Assembly: GCA_049965815.1 (NCBI GenBank)
Contig: JBMFVV010000007.1
Location: forward strand, 328-64,327
Origin: Thermoplasmata archaeon
Lineage (GTDB): Archaea > Thermoplasmatota > Thermoplasmata > Thermoplasmatales > GCA-001856825
Reading direction: 5' to 3'
DNA length: 64,000 nucleotides
Shown: piece after piece, positions 28,682 to 38,825 of the stretch
Position numbering within the stretch: position 1 is the stretch's first letter
Layout: every line of letters starts with the position of its first letter
The notes under the pieces: generated by a model
The model's input: the letters and a program-made list of their open reading frames with translations, nothing else
The model's database searches: none
What the model was told of the DNA's origin: nothing
Translations under genes and position numbers: made by a program

Positions 28682-29218
28682 TCATTCTACTGTGTGTTTG
28701 TTTAATGCGTCAAAGAATAAATCAAAATTGCCGCTATCAAAAGCTTCCCTAATCATTCTGTAGAATAACGAAGTATCTGTGTTCGGAAGTAGATCGTTTA
28801 TGGCTAGGAGCACCCGTTGCTTCGAAGATATTAACTCCTTAAGATCTATTTCAAGCATTCTTATCTTGTTGTCTATGTCCTTCAGCTGGGTTATGAGTTC
28901 CTGTAGGGTGCCTTCCATCGTCTCCTTTTCCTCTTCATTCTTATCGAAGACAGAGATGCTCTCTATGAACTGCAGGAGTGATAGAAGCGGATAATTTGCC
29001 TTGTAGAGAATCCTCGGGGGGCCCTCGTCTGATTCGATCTTGCCAACCTTGTATACCAGGCCGCTGTCTTCTAGCAGTTTGATGTGTTTCGCAATCAATT
29101 GCTGTGAACTCCCAAGAGACCTGGCAAGCTCGAATGTGTACGAGGGCCTAATGGAAAGGATGCTAAGTATGCTTCTTCTGATGTCGTTGTCAATCAGGTC
29201 CAGCAGGTCAGTTGACAT
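28682..29218 (-). CDS. ArsR-like winged-helix transcription regulator with a C-terminal coiled coil
   Basis: 178 aa. N-terminal wHTH (RRSILSILSIRPSYTFELARSLGSSQQLIAKHIKLLEDSGLVYK), then a heptad-like Glu/Leu/Lys-rich region. Begins 3 nt after the hsp20 stop. Confidence 0.6.
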   Translation of the reverse strand: MSTDLLDLIDNDIRRSILSILSIRPSYTFELARSLGSSQQLIAKHIKLLEDSGLVYKVGKIESDEGPPRILYKANYPLLSLLQFIESISVFDKNEEEKETMEGTLQELITQLKDIDNKIRMLEIDLKELISSKQRVLLAINDLLPNTDTSLFYRMIREAFDSGNFDLFFDALNKHTVE

Positions 29219-29220
29219 GG

Positions 29221-29772
29221 CTACTCTATAGGAATCCTCTTTCCTTCTTTTTTCTTGGTTGGTGGTTTCTTCACCACTATATCCAGGACCCCGTTTGAAT
29301 AGGAAGCCTTTATGTTTTCAGGAAGGACCTCATCTTCAAGCTCCACTTCCTTGTAGTATTTTCTGCCCTCTTTGTCCACTTTTATGATCAGGATATTGTC
29401 ATTGGTTTCGATTGAAATTTCGTCCTTGGTAACACCCGGCATCTCGATCGTAATATCCGTCTCCCCCTCTCTGTTCTGAATGTCTGTAATGGGCTCACGA
29501 TATTCAAGGCTGGGAACATCAGAATATTCTCGGGGAATGTTGCCGAACTCCTTGAACTCGGGTTTCCCATCAGGTCCCAGTCTATAGGTGAATCCATATA
29601 CATAAGTGCCTGGCTGGTCCTGATCCTTTATGTTCTCAATCTCGTCGAATGCATCGAACCATCTCTCAAAGAACTTTCTGTATTCTCTGTCGCTATTCTG
29701 CAGGAAGTCATGGATATCATCCCAGAAATCGTCATCTCTCTTTCTTATCTTTCTACCTACCATGTTTACCAC
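29221..29772 (-). CDS. small heat-shock protein, Hsp20/alpha-crystallin family
   Basis: 183 aa. Alpha-crystallin domain ETDITIEMPGVTKDEISIETNDNILIIKV...ENIKASYSNGVLDIVVKK. Confidence 0.9.
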   Translation of the reverse strand: MVNMVGRKIRKRDDDFWDDIHDFLQNSDREYRKFFERWFDAFDEIENIKDQDQPGTYVYGFTYRLGPDGKPEFKEFGNIPREYSDVPSLEYREPITDIQNREGETDITIEMPGVTKDEISIETNDNILIIKVDKEGRKYYKEVELEDEVLPENIKASYSNGVLDIVVKKPPTKKKEGKRIPIE

Positions 29773-29933
29773 CTTCGGTTAACAACCTCTTGTTGAGTAG
29801 TAATTAATTTCACATTATTAAACCTTGCTGATGTATAACATCACCGGTCAAAAATGGTAAAGACGTATGATCCTTCCTGTTTTGCTTTTGTAAGGTAAAA
29901 GGAGCATTTACCCACTTACTTACCATTGAACTT

Positions 29934-31748
29934 TCATATGAAATTACCGACATGGAAATGGGAAGAATCCTTCTTCTTGATGCTCCTGTTATATTCTATG
30001 ATTGTAGTGATGAGCGAAAGATGACTAAAAGCCTGAGGGTAGTTGCCAAGATACCTGTGGGTTTTGAATTCGATCTCCTCTGGCAGAAGATTCACATCAT
30101 TCAGCAGATCAGTGATCAACATGATCCCGTCGTGAGCTGCCTGCAGCTGGCCATTCTGTATCAAGTTCCTGATGTACCAGAATGAAACCATCAGGAATGC
30201 ATTGTCCTCCCCCTTCAGCCCATCCTGGAGGGTGTACCTCTTGAAGAGGAATTTTTCGGCCATCAATTGATCCTCTATTTCACTAAGTGTATTCCTGTAA
30301 ACGTTATCTGCTAAAGTGCAAAAATCGAATAGAGGTAATCTCAACAGCGCTGCATCAACATCATCTGTTTCATAGCTCTGTTTGAAATATCCCTTGGATG
30401 AAACACCATTCCCATATATCTCTTCTCGCAGTGTCCTAGCCTCATTCATTATAGAGAAGGCATGATCCTCGTCTCCCATCTTGGAATAGAGCCAGGAAAG
30501 ATCAGTCATTGCCTTCCAAGCCAGCGCTTTTGAGTACACATAATTCCTCTTTTCTCCCCTGATCTCCCATATAGATGAATCAGGCTCTCTCCAGATGTTG
30601 AGTAGAGAATTTCCAATCAGGAATACCTTCTCCAGAGTATGTATGCTCAAAAACCCAGAATTCTCCAGAAGCATGCGCAGTGAAATGATTAGGGAAGCAT
30701 ACTGGTCAATTTGCAGTTGACTACTCGCATCATTTCCTATCCTGACTGGCGCAGAATTCATGTATCCCGCTAAATCTAGGCTTGTCTCTTCTAATATGGA
30801 ATCTTCGCTCACCTTATAGATAGAAGTCAGTTTCCCATCCTTCTCGAATCTGTCAATTATGGAGAGGTAGAATTTAGTTGCCTCTTCTATGTATCCTAGC
30901 TGTACCAGCCCTTCTATCACATAGGCAGTGTCCCTAACCCACATGAACCTGTAGTCCCAATTCCTCTCCCCCCCAATTGCCTCAGGAAGAGACGTTGTTG
31001 GGGCGGCAACCATGAAATTGTTCGGTTCGAAGAACAGCCCCTTGAGAGTCAGGAGTGATCTGTTAACTATATCGTAAAAGATCCCCTGATATTTGGATTT
31101 CATAAGCCATTCCTTCCAGAACCTCCTTGTTTGCCATAGTCTGTCTTCGCTTGCAAACAGTTCGGGTGGATAGGCCTTCTTTAGATTGTGTGCCGTCACA
31201 AGCCACCTCACCTCTGTTGCGGGCAGCGTCACTGTCCCAGTTACACAGTTGTCCTCAACTTTTAGGTCGAAATCAGTAGAGAGGAACTGGCTGGATTTAT
31301 CAGAATAAACCATGTAGCCTTTGGAATCTATCTTTTCAATTGATTTTCTGCTTCCGGAAGTGAACGGGTTGAAGTCGATCTCGATATCAACGTCAGCATA
31401 CGTCTCTATTCTCCTATGAATCTCCGAGAAATATACTGCGTGTTCAAAGCTCATAGGGAGGAAGTCCATTATCGAAAGTACCCTGTTCTTCTTGTTGGAA
31501 AACAGCGTGAAAAGGATGTTTGTATCAGGCTCATAGTATTGCCTGGATTCAAGATTTCTGTTTACTGGACGAATACTAAAGTAACCTCCCTTCTTCCTGT
31601 CAAGTATGGATGAGAAAACCATTTCAGAGTCAAAATTGGGGAAGCAAGCAAAATCAACCTCACCTTGTTTTGAAACAAGTGCTGCGGTCCTATTATTCAA
31701 AAGAACGCCATGGTCTTCTATTCGAGGATATTCTGGGTCATTTGGCAC
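29934..31748 (-). CDS. glycoside hydrolase family 15 (glucoamylase/trehalase-like)
   Basis: 604 aa. N-terminal beta-sandwich and a C-terminal (alpha/alpha)6 region with NWDYRFMWVRDTAY, typical of archaeal GH15. Related Thermoplasma GH15 enzymes have been reported as trehalases (recalled knowledge). Confidence 0.85.
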   Translation of the reverse strand: MPNDPEYPRIEDHGVLLNNRTAALVSKQGEVDFACFPNFDSEMVFSSILDRKKGGYFSIRPVNRNLESRQYYEPDTNILFTLFSNKKNRVLSIMDFLPMSFEHAVYFSEIHRRIETYADVDIEIDFNPFTSGSRKSIEKIDSKGYMVYSDKSSQFLSTDFDLKVEDNCVTGTVTLPATEVRWLVTAHNLKKAYPPELFASEDRLWQTRRFWKEWLMKSKYQGIFYDIVNRSLLTLKGLFFEPNNFMVAAPTTSLPEAIGGERNWDYRFMWVRDTAYVIEGLVQLGYIEEATKFYLSIIDRFEKDGKLTSIYKVSEDSILEETSLDLAGYMNSAPVRIGNDASSQLQIDQYASLIISLRMLLENSGFLSIHTLEKVFLIGNSLLNIWREPDSSIWEIRGEKRNYVYSKALAWKAMTDLSWLYSKMGDEDHAFSIMNEARTLREEIYGNGVSSKGYFKQSYETDDVDAALLRLPLFDFCTLADNVYRNTLSEIEDQLMAEKFLFKRYTLQDGLKGEDNAFLMVSFWYIRNLIQNGQLQAAHDGIMLITDLLNDVNLLPEEIEFKTHRYLGNYPQAFSHLSLITTIIEYNRSIKKKDSSHFHVGNFI

Positions 31749-31930
31749 CTTACATTAACCGAATCTTCCTTTAAAATTTTCTCAATCGCATATTCTTAAC
31801 GTATAATCTTGAAACAGTTGACTATTCGGCAGTGCCTCTTAAGTTCCAATTGAAAACGTCGTGATTTTAAAAAGTTACACGTTTAATCAAAATGGAATAA
31901 AATTGAAATTTTCAAAGATGGAGTGATGTT

Positions 31931-31963
31931 CAAGTGACCGAAAGAAACTAGGTTGGTCACTTG
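31931..31963. promoter_or_regulatory. 9 bp perfect inverted repeat CAAGTGACC-N15-GGTCACTTG upstream of padR
   Basis: Read directly. Located 76-108 nt upstream of the PadR-family gene in the GH15/padR divergent spacer. Confidence 0.3.
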
Positions 31964-31990
31964 GCCAATGAAAAAAGTGGGTAATCTTGT

Positions 31991-32016
31991 ATCGTTATCG
32001 AAACCGATATCGTTAT
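31991..32016. promoter_or_regulatory. ATCGTTAT direct repeats flanking the hairpin TATCG-AAAC-CGATA, candidate PadR operator
   Basis: Read directly: ATCGTTATCGAAACCGATATCGTTAT, 23-48 nt upstream of the padR ATG. Confidence 0.3.
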
Positions 32017-32038
32017 ATGTACTGGTGCACTTACGAGT

Positions 32039-32575
32039 ATGGCTCCTGAAGAGGGCAAATGGAATAGAGGTATCCTCTTTTTCATAGTACTTTCAATGGC
32101 TAATGAAGGCCCGATCTACGGAAACCAGGTCTCGAACATTATCAATGAAAAAACAGAAGGAGCGTGGAAGCCAAGTGCAGGCTCCATCTATCCTATTCTC
32201 CACGGGATGAGTCGAAAGGGCCTGATAAGAAAACACGAAAAAGATGGCAAGGTAATGTATGAAATAACAGATGAGGGGAGGAACTTTGTTTTAAAGATCC
32301 GGGAGAGGCACTTTGAGCGATCTCCAATATCAAGGTTCATGGGAAAGTTGTGGATGGATTCAATGAGTCCAGAGGAAAGGACTAGATTTATTCTCATCTC
32401 CGCACAACACGCAGCAGATTCCTTGGTGGAAAACCTGAAGAGCATCAAGCAGGGGATTCAGAATCAGAAGCAGTATGAGGCGTTCTTATTGAGCTACGAG
32501 CTAGAGCTTGAAAGGACGCTAAAGATCCTCAGAGACGAAAGAGAAAAACTAGTTCAAGTGCAAGAGGTGAAATAA
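32039..32575 (+). CDS. PadR-family transcription regulator
   Basis: 178 aa. GPIYGNQVSNIINEKTEGAWKPSAGSIYPILHGMSRKGLI is the PadR wHTH signature. First gene of an operon with an ABC-2 exporter. Confidence 0.8.
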   Translation: MAPEEGKWNRGILFFIVLSMANEGPIYGNQVSNIINEKTEGAWKPSAGSIYPILHGMSRKGLIRKHEKDGKVMYEITDEGRNFVLKIRERHFERSPISRFMGKLWMDSMSPEERTRFILISAQHAADSLVENLKSIKQGIQNQKQYEAFLLSYELELERTLKILRDEREKLVQVQEVK

Positions 32576-33573
32576 TGGATGGAACAATAATAGAAACAAA
32601 AAATCTGACAAAAATTTATAATGGGAACATAAAAGCGGTATCTGAACTGAATATATCCATAAAAGAGGGGGAGATATACGGTCTAGCTGGACCAAACGGG
32701 GCTGGCAAGACAACAACGATCAACATGCTCATAACAAGGATTGCACCTACGAGTGGAACAGCCATTGTGGGTGGTTTTGATATAGTAAAGGATTCACTTG
32801 CAGTAAGAAGGTTGATTGGTGTTGTACCACAGGACTTCACAGCGGACGAGGACCTGACGGGCAGGGAGAATATAATGATGGTTTCTCAGTTCTACGATGT
32901 GCCAAAGGCAAAGGCCAGAGAGAACATAGGAAGTTTATTGAAGCTAGTGGAATTGGAAGATGCTGCAGATAGGCTTGTAAGAACATATTCTGGTGGAATG
33001 AGAAAGAGGCTTGAGCTAATAATAGGCCTGGTACACGAACCAAAGATACTGTTCCTTGATGAACCAACACTAGGATTGGACATTCAGACCAGGACACAGA
33101 TGTGGAACTATGTTCGTGAGATCCAACAGAAGCTAAATGTTACCATAATACTAACCTCACATTACCTGGAGGAGATAGATGCGCTTGCTGGAAAGGTATC
33201 CATAATAGACCACGGCAAGGTGCTGATAACTGGTAGCCCTTCAGAACTTAAGGCTTCTCTTAAAGGCGATATAATAACGATGACACTGACGGACCAGAAA
33301 TCAGCAGATCTTATGAAGACTGTCCCTGATGTGATTGAAGTGGTGGATGCAGGACCTAATTCAGTCAAGATAAAAGTGGCAGATGCCGATGAAGCTCTTC
33401 CCAGAGTTATAAATTTCATATCGCAGCATGAGCTTTCAACAATAAAGCTCACAGTTCAAAAACCATCTCTGGATGAGGTCTTCCTGGAGTATACTGGCAG
33501 GTCAATAAGGGATGATGAAGGAGGAATGGACAGAATGAAGAATGCAATGAACATGAGGAGGGCAAGACAATGA
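32575..33573 (+). CDS. ABC transporter ATP-binding protein (DrrA/ABC-2 exporter type)
   Basis: 332 aa. Walker A GPNGAGKTTT, signature YSGGMRKR, Walker B LFLDEPTLGLD. The start overlaps the padR stop (TAATG). Confidence 0.9.
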   Translation: MDGTIIETKNLTKIYNGNIKAVSELNISIKEGEIYGLAGPNGAGKTTTINMLITRIAPTSGTAIVGGFDIVKDSLAVRRLIGVVPQDFTADEDLTGRENIMMVSQFYDVPKAKARENIGSLLKLVELEDAADRLVRTYSGGMRKRLELIIGLVHEPKILFLDEPTLGLDIQTRTQMWNYVREIQQKLNVTIILTSHYLEEIDALAGKVSIIDHGKVLITGSPSELKASLKGDIITMTLTDQKSADLMKTVPDVIEVVDAGPNSVKIKVADADEALPRVINFISQHELSTIKLTVQKPSLDEVFLEYTGRSIRDDEGGMDRMKNAMNMRRARQ

Positions 33574-34388
33574 GTGGTCTTTGGCCATTGACAGTCAGGG
33601 AACTAAAGAAGTGGGTAAGAAATCCAACATTCTTCTTTACGGGGCTTATCCAGCCAATATTCTGGATCGCCCTCTTCGGAAGTGCGTTCGATATCACGAA
33701 ATTCCTATCAGGTCCCTCTGGCAGTGCGGCAGCAAGTTATTTACTCGACGGCGCCCCGAACTACATAACCTACATAGTTGGCGGTGTTTTGACGACGATG
33801 GGTCTCTTCACAGCGATGTTTGCAGGGACGCAGATAATCTTTGACAGGAGACTGGGTCCAATGGGAAGATTCCTTTCGTCCCCTATACGGAGAAGTTCCA
33901 TAGTATTCTCCAAAATCATATCGTCAGTAATCAGAATATTGCCGCAGGTAGTGATTCTCGTGGTAGCAGCTTACCTCATACCAAATGGGTTGAAGTTTGT
34001 GCACGGATTTACAATAGTGGATGTCCTGGTCATGGCAACTGCAATAATCCTGATCGCTTTCATATTCTCGTCTATTTTCAGTGTCATTGCCACCAGAATG
34101 ACAAATATGCAGTCAATATTCGGTATCGTTAACCTGGTCAACCTGCCGCTTATGTTCGTAAGCTATGCTATGTTTTCAAGGGCGATGATGGCAGACTGGC
34201 TTGGAAATATCGCCCAATACAATCCTGTATCCTGGTCAGCCGAAGCAATACGGACAGTGATCATAAACGGAAGTTTGACCTCTTCTCAATGGGTTCAGGA
34301 AGGAAGATGGCTGGGGGCACTTGCAGCTCTCGCAGCAGGTCTTCTCTTGATGACATACTATCTTGTTGAGAAGGAAATTAGGGATTGA
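33570..34388 (+). CDS. ABC-2 family transporter permease
   Basis: 272 aa with six predicted TM segments. N-terminal LTVRELKKWVRNPTFFFTGLIQP is typical of ABC-2 permeases. 4 nt overlap with the ATPase gene. Confidence 0.8.
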   Translation: MSGLWPLTVRELKKWVRNPTFFFTGLIQPIFWIALFGSAFDITKFLSGPSGSAAASYLLDGAPNYITYIVGGVLTTMGLFTAMFAGTQIIFDRRLGPMGRFLSSPIRRSSIVFSKIISSVIRILPQVVILVVAAYLIPNGLKFVHGFTIVDVLVMATAIILIAFIFSSIFSVIATRMTNMQSIFGIVNLVNLPLMFVSYAMFSRAMMADWLGNIAQYNPVSWSAEAIRTVIINGSLTSSQWVQEGRWLGALAALAAGLLLMTYYLVEKEIRD

Positions 34389-34444
34389 AAGCAGGAGAGG
34401 TAATCTAAACTATTACCTCCATTTTTTATTGATTTGTCTTTTGT

Positions 34445-36052
34445 CCTATCTTCGCCCTGTTTTATCACTACAACTCTATCTTGAGCTTCTCCAGGAGCTC
34501 CCTCTGCTCCTTCGTGTATTCCGCATGTGAATGAGAGCCATCTGAATACACAACCTCCATTATCCCAGATATTGTCTTCAGTGCCTGGTTGTATGAAATG
34601 CAGCACTTCTCAGATATCATCGCAACAAGGGTGTATCCCAGGATTGTTAAGAAAAGCCTTGCCCTTGTTCCTCCCTCTGATCTGGAGAAGAATGGTTCCA
34701 GGTGAGGCTTGATGTGTGAGAACGCCTTCTCCACTATATCCTTCTCCCTGTATATCCTGAGAAGTTCATTTGCAGCTATGCCTGTGTTTGTTATCAGCAC
34801 TGTATACCCGAACCTGTTTGTCTTTCGTTGAATAGCTTTGTGCTTCAGCTCATATGAGAATTTCATATCATTGAAATCATACTTCACATCCACTAGATTC
34901 GAGAAACCCTTCAGTTCCTCTTCCACCGTCTTTGCCATATCGCTCTGTGACTGGAACTTCTTCCCCCTCAGGACATCGAGATTCTTCTCCATCTCAGAGA
35001 GATTGTAATAGAAGGATTCAAGCCTCCTTGTTCTGAGTCTTGGGGAGAAGAACACCACGTACCTGTAACCATTAATCCTCTTCTCCCTGAGAAATATGGT
35101 CTCATCATCGTACTGGAAGAAGTTGCGGGAATTCTCTATGTCCTTGTTCTCCAGTATGAGTTCATCGTGCATTGCCACGGTGGATGGGAGAGCAGCTATC
35201 ACACCGTAGTTCTTCAATTCCTTCACATTTTCGCTACTATAGAACCCCCTGTCCATGACTATCAGTATGGAGGATATCCCGAAGTCCTTGAGCTCCATGG
35301 TGAAGGTGCTTATCGTTGCAACTGATGGAATGCTCCCTGCAAGGGGTCGGTGGTGCACCGGTATTCCTCCCTTCCTGGTAACAGCTAAAACGAAGTTTAT
35401 CTCCCTGTTCTCCCCATTCAAGTGATAGTAGTGACCGTACCTGGCCAGATCGTTCTCCGCTCCGTAGTATCTTATGGCGGAGAGGTCGTAAACTATCCCG
35501 GAGGAGCCATTGATCTCTCGAGTATTGATACGATGTCAGGATCCTTTCTGCCAACAAGATCCACTATGTCCCTCACCTCCTTCTCCTTCAGTTCCGGTAT
35601 TCCAGTATGGATGTGGATGGAATGCTCCCTTCCTGCAATGAATTCCGCAGCAAGCATCACTACCTTCATTGCTGCCTGGGGGATGCTGGTCAACCCAACA
35701 AGGGCATCCTCATACTCCATGGTGAAACCATTGTCTTCAGCAACACGGAATAAGATGTAGGCAGATGAGTCCAGCACCTTCCTTATCTCCCTCCTGTATT
35801 TAGGTGGAAGAACCTCCCTCTTCCCGTTTCTCTCCACCTCCTTTCCAAGGTACCTTACGGCCTGCTTCACCCTTCCCCTCTCCCTGTATGATCTCACCTC
35901 ATACAGGTAGGTGTGGCCATTCTTCACTATCTTCCTCGTGAAGGTCATGTAATGATTATGACATCACACTCTGTATAAGCCTTTTTGATACCAAACACAG
36001 TAAAATACTAGTTCAGTTGAAAAGTGTAGTGATATAACAGGGCGAAGTTAGG
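34445..36052 (-). mobile_element. IS1634-family-like insertion sequence (1608 bp) with a frameshifted transposase
   Basis: Terminal inverted repeats at 34445-34472 (CCTATCTTCGCCCTGTTTTATCACTACA) and 36025-36052, matching 26/28 in reverse complement. Flanking 6 bp direct repeat TTTTGT at 34439-34444 and 36053-36058. The transposase N-terminus ...KNGHTYLYEVRSYRERGRVKQ is typical of IS1634. Confidence 0.8.
34468..35948 (-). pseudogene. IS1634-like DDE transposase, split by a frameshift near 35490-35520
   Basis: A 151 aa N-terminal ORF (35493..35948) and a 317 aa C-terminal ORF (34468..35421). The C-terminal frame is open further upstream (REINGSSGIVYDLSAIRYYGAENDLARYGHYYHLNGENREINF...) and is offset by -1 relative to the N-terminal frame. 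No slippery heptamer seen. Confidence 0.7.
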
Positions 36053-36373
36053 TTTTGTCTCAACTGCAGCAAAACAGGAAATAACACTCCTCACTCTAAA
36101 TGATAAATTACGAGGTTCTCAATTTCCATGATCCTTCTATAGAAATACCCTAATTTCTCACCTTCTACGTAAGGAGGAGATGACTAAACTGACAGGTCTA
36201 ATTTGTAATAGCTTTTGCCCAAGAATTTCCCGTAATAGGATAGATTGTGGAGGGTGTCCCATGGGATATCTACGTGAAATTCTTTCCAAATAAATGTTGT
36301 GAGATTTTAAGGAGCAATTTCCTTAATTGGGATAAGCAATCACTACTATGCATCCAGAATCGTATAACGACCT

Positions 36374-37480
36374 TTATGAATATTCGATTTTGCTATCAAG
36401 GGACCGTTGAAAGACGAATGTGAATACTATTGCCATTATCACTGTTGCAATTACAGCCACTGAATAATATGTGTTGTTTATGAAGCCTTTTGACAGTGCT
36501 ATAGAAGCTATGATTATGCCCACAGCACCTCTTACACCGAAAATTCCAAGCGACACTGTGGGCTTTATGCTCTTCATGTACTTTTTTGAAAACTTATACG
36601 CTGCAAAACCGCCTATGACTGTTGTGATCACTAAAAGCACAATCAAGTATGGTACAGTGTAAAACGGGATTATTGATACTTCGAGACCGGATATGCTGAA
36701 GAAAAGAGGAACAAAGAAGCTGCTGTTAATGCGCTGGAAAGTTCTCTTGAGAATTCCATAGGTATGCTCCCCGAAAGTGTTTTGATGGATGATTAACCCT
36801 GAAAAGAAGGCCCCAAGGACAAAAGTTATGCCTATGTACTCGAAAAGCACGGATGCAGCGAGTCCCATCAATATGACTCCTGCAAAAATAATACTCTCCC
36901 TACCTTTCCTACTGAACATATCAAATCTACGAATCAGGAGCTCTGACTTTGATTTCAAGTACATATCAAGAAAGTACAGTGCTATCACGAAAGCCGCTAG
37001 TAGAGCAGAATCCAGAGCTACGGTTAAAGGTGCCTTGTGAAACGAGACCAAGATTATGAATGCAACCGCATCACTCATTGCAACCCCACCAAGGAGTCGG
37101 AAACCATCTTCAGTTCTTATGAGGCCAGATTGGACGAGCAACACTGATGTTATTGAAATGGAGGGAATGCTTACTGCAAGGGAGGTGCTCACCGCCTCTA
37201 GATAAGGGAGTTTAAACATGAAAATGGAAACTACGGACATAACTACGAACGGGACTATGAACGAGGTGACTGCAAATCCCGTCACGTACCTTATGTTCTT
37301 CGAGAAAATGTCTGAAGAAGCTTCTACACCTATCTGGAGAATAATAAAAAAGAGGGCAAGTGTGCTGATAGTGGTAAGGTTGGAAGAAGGAAGTACTATC
37401 CCGGATACTGCCGGTCCAAGCAATATTCCAGCCAGTATTGCCCCTACTATCTCGGGAAGGGATGCTGTGTTTAATGAAGA
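36374..37480 (-). pseudogene. cation:proton antiporter (CPA2/Kef-NapA-like), 5'-truncated at an IS boundary
   Basis: The 349 aa ORF in the track starts at a TTG. The frame continues upstream as SSLNTASLPEIVGAILAGILLGPAVSG..., which is the conserved G-x-ILLGP region normally preceded by TM1. It then hits a stop inside the IS5-like terminal repeat (37481-37483). No Met or TM1 is present. Confidence 0.6.
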
Positions 37481-37490
37481 TTAGAATAAT

Positions 37491-37814
37491 CTAATCCGTG
37501 CCCTTGTTATCACTACCATTCAGAATATCCTCCTCCTTCTTCGAGAGGTCTACTGACCATGAGTGCACCTTTGCCTTGTTGGACCTGAGGAATCTTATCA
37601 CTTTATTGCTGTTCTTTGTATCCACAGCTATAACTCCGTTTGCATACTTTATGTGCCTTATCCCGTCTAGGAATCCAGGTATCCTTGAGTGGTATCTACC
37701 GTAGTGGGAGTAGTTGTTGTATCCGTAGAGCTTCCTGTAGAATCTGGAGTAGGATGCAGCTGTTACACCCTCACTCGATCTTTCCACCCTGAATACGATC
37801 AGTGTGCCCTTCAC
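37491..37814 (-). CDS. uncharacterised 107 aa protein encoded inside the IS, divergent from the transposase
   Basis: GTG at 37814 preceded by GAAAGGAAG. (M)KGTLIVFRVERSSEGVTAASYSRFYRKLYGYNNYSHYGRYHSRIPGFLDGIRHIKYANGVIAVDTKNSNKVIRFLRSNKAKVHSWSV... The ORF-track version (to 37919) overlaps the transposase start. No family recognised. Confidence 0.35.
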   Translation of the reverse strand: MKGTLIVFRVERSSEGVTAASYSRFYRKLYGYNNYSHYGRYHSRIPGFLDGIRHIKYANGVIAVDTKNSNKVIRFLRSNKAKVHSWSVDLSKKEEDILNGSDNKGTD

Positions 37815-37868
37815 CTTCCTTTCATCTGTTCTTAGGATATAAATATATGACTGTATGCAATAACAGTC
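37815..37868. promoter_or_regulatory. AT-rich bidirectional promoter candidate inside the IS (GGATATAAATATATGA)
   Basis: A palindromic TATA-like tract, ATATAAATATAT, lies between the divergent starts at 37814 (-) and 37869 (+). Confidence 0.3.
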
Positions 37869-38825
37869 ATGATGGCAAGGTGGGGGAAAGAATTCAAGGA
37901 CAGGAGGGATTGGAAGCAATACAACGAGGAGCTGGTGATAAGGGGGGAGTTCTATCTGGACCTGGGTTTTGTTGAAAGCTGGGGTGATGAGCTGGAAGCA
38001 ATGAACAGGAACAAGAGGGGAGGGCAGTACAAGTTTCCAAAATCACTGATGAGGTGGTTCATTGTATGGAAACAGCTCCTTGATTACAGGGGACTGGAAG
38101 GAATAGCGAGGAAGATGAGCTACCTGGGCCTCATCCCGGAGTTCCCTGATTTCTCAACTATATGGAATAGGATCCATTCTTCAACGCCTGAAATCTCCCT
38201 TCCCTCATTCAAGGATGCTGAAGTGGGCTCGGATGGCACTGGCCTCAAAACGAGGAATGCAGGGGAGTACAGGATATTCAAGTATGGCGATCCGGAAGCG
38301 AAACAGAAGAAGCATCTTGTTGTTGTCATAACGGCAGATGTGAAAAGAAAGAAGCTTCTCTCACTTGACGTGAGAATAGAGGGGAAGGGCTATACCGAGG
38401 CTTCCATAGCCATGGAGCACCTCTCATCAATTTCGCAGAAAGGTATCAAGATCAAGAGCTTCTATGGCGATGGTGCATACGACCAGTCCCCCGTATTCAA
38501 CAGGCTTCATGGGATGGGTGTGGAGCCTGTTGTGAAGATAAGGAAGAATGCTTCTGCAGACAGATACAGGGGAAGCAAGTCCAGGAGGAGGGTTGTGAGG
38601 GAATACAAGATGATGGGGTATGAGAGATGGGCAAGGGAGAACAACTACGGGATGAGGTGGCCTTGTACTGAGGGCATATTCTCAGCAGTTAAGAGGAAGT
38701 TCGGTGAGAATACAGTTTCAAGATCGATTGCAGGGCTGTTAGCGGAAGGGTATCAGAGGTTCTGGGTATATGATGAGATGAGGGAATACGGGGAGAAACA
38801 TGCGACAGTTGCCCTGAAGAGGTGA
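37869..38825 (+). CDS. IS5-family DDE transposase
   Basis: 318 aa. N-terminal DWKQYNEELVIRGEF, and DDE candidates in VGSDGTGLK, FYGDGAYDQ and CTEGIFSAVKRKFG. Confidence 0.85.
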   Translation: MMARWGKEFKDRRDWKQYNEELVIRGEFYLDLGFVESWGDELEAMNRNKRGGQYKFPKSLMRWFIVWKQLLDYRGLEGIARKMSYLGLIPEFPDFSTIWNRIHSSTPEISLPSFKDAEVGSDGTGLKTRNAGEYRIFKYGDPEAKQKKHLVVVITADVKRKKLLSLDVRIEGKGYTEASIAMEHLSSISQKGIKIKSFYGDGAYDQSPVFNRLHGMGVEPVVKIRKNASADRYRGSKSRRRVVREYKMMGYERWARENNYGMRWPCTEGIFSAVKRKFGENTVSRSIAGLLAEGYQRFWVYDEMREYGEKHATVALKR

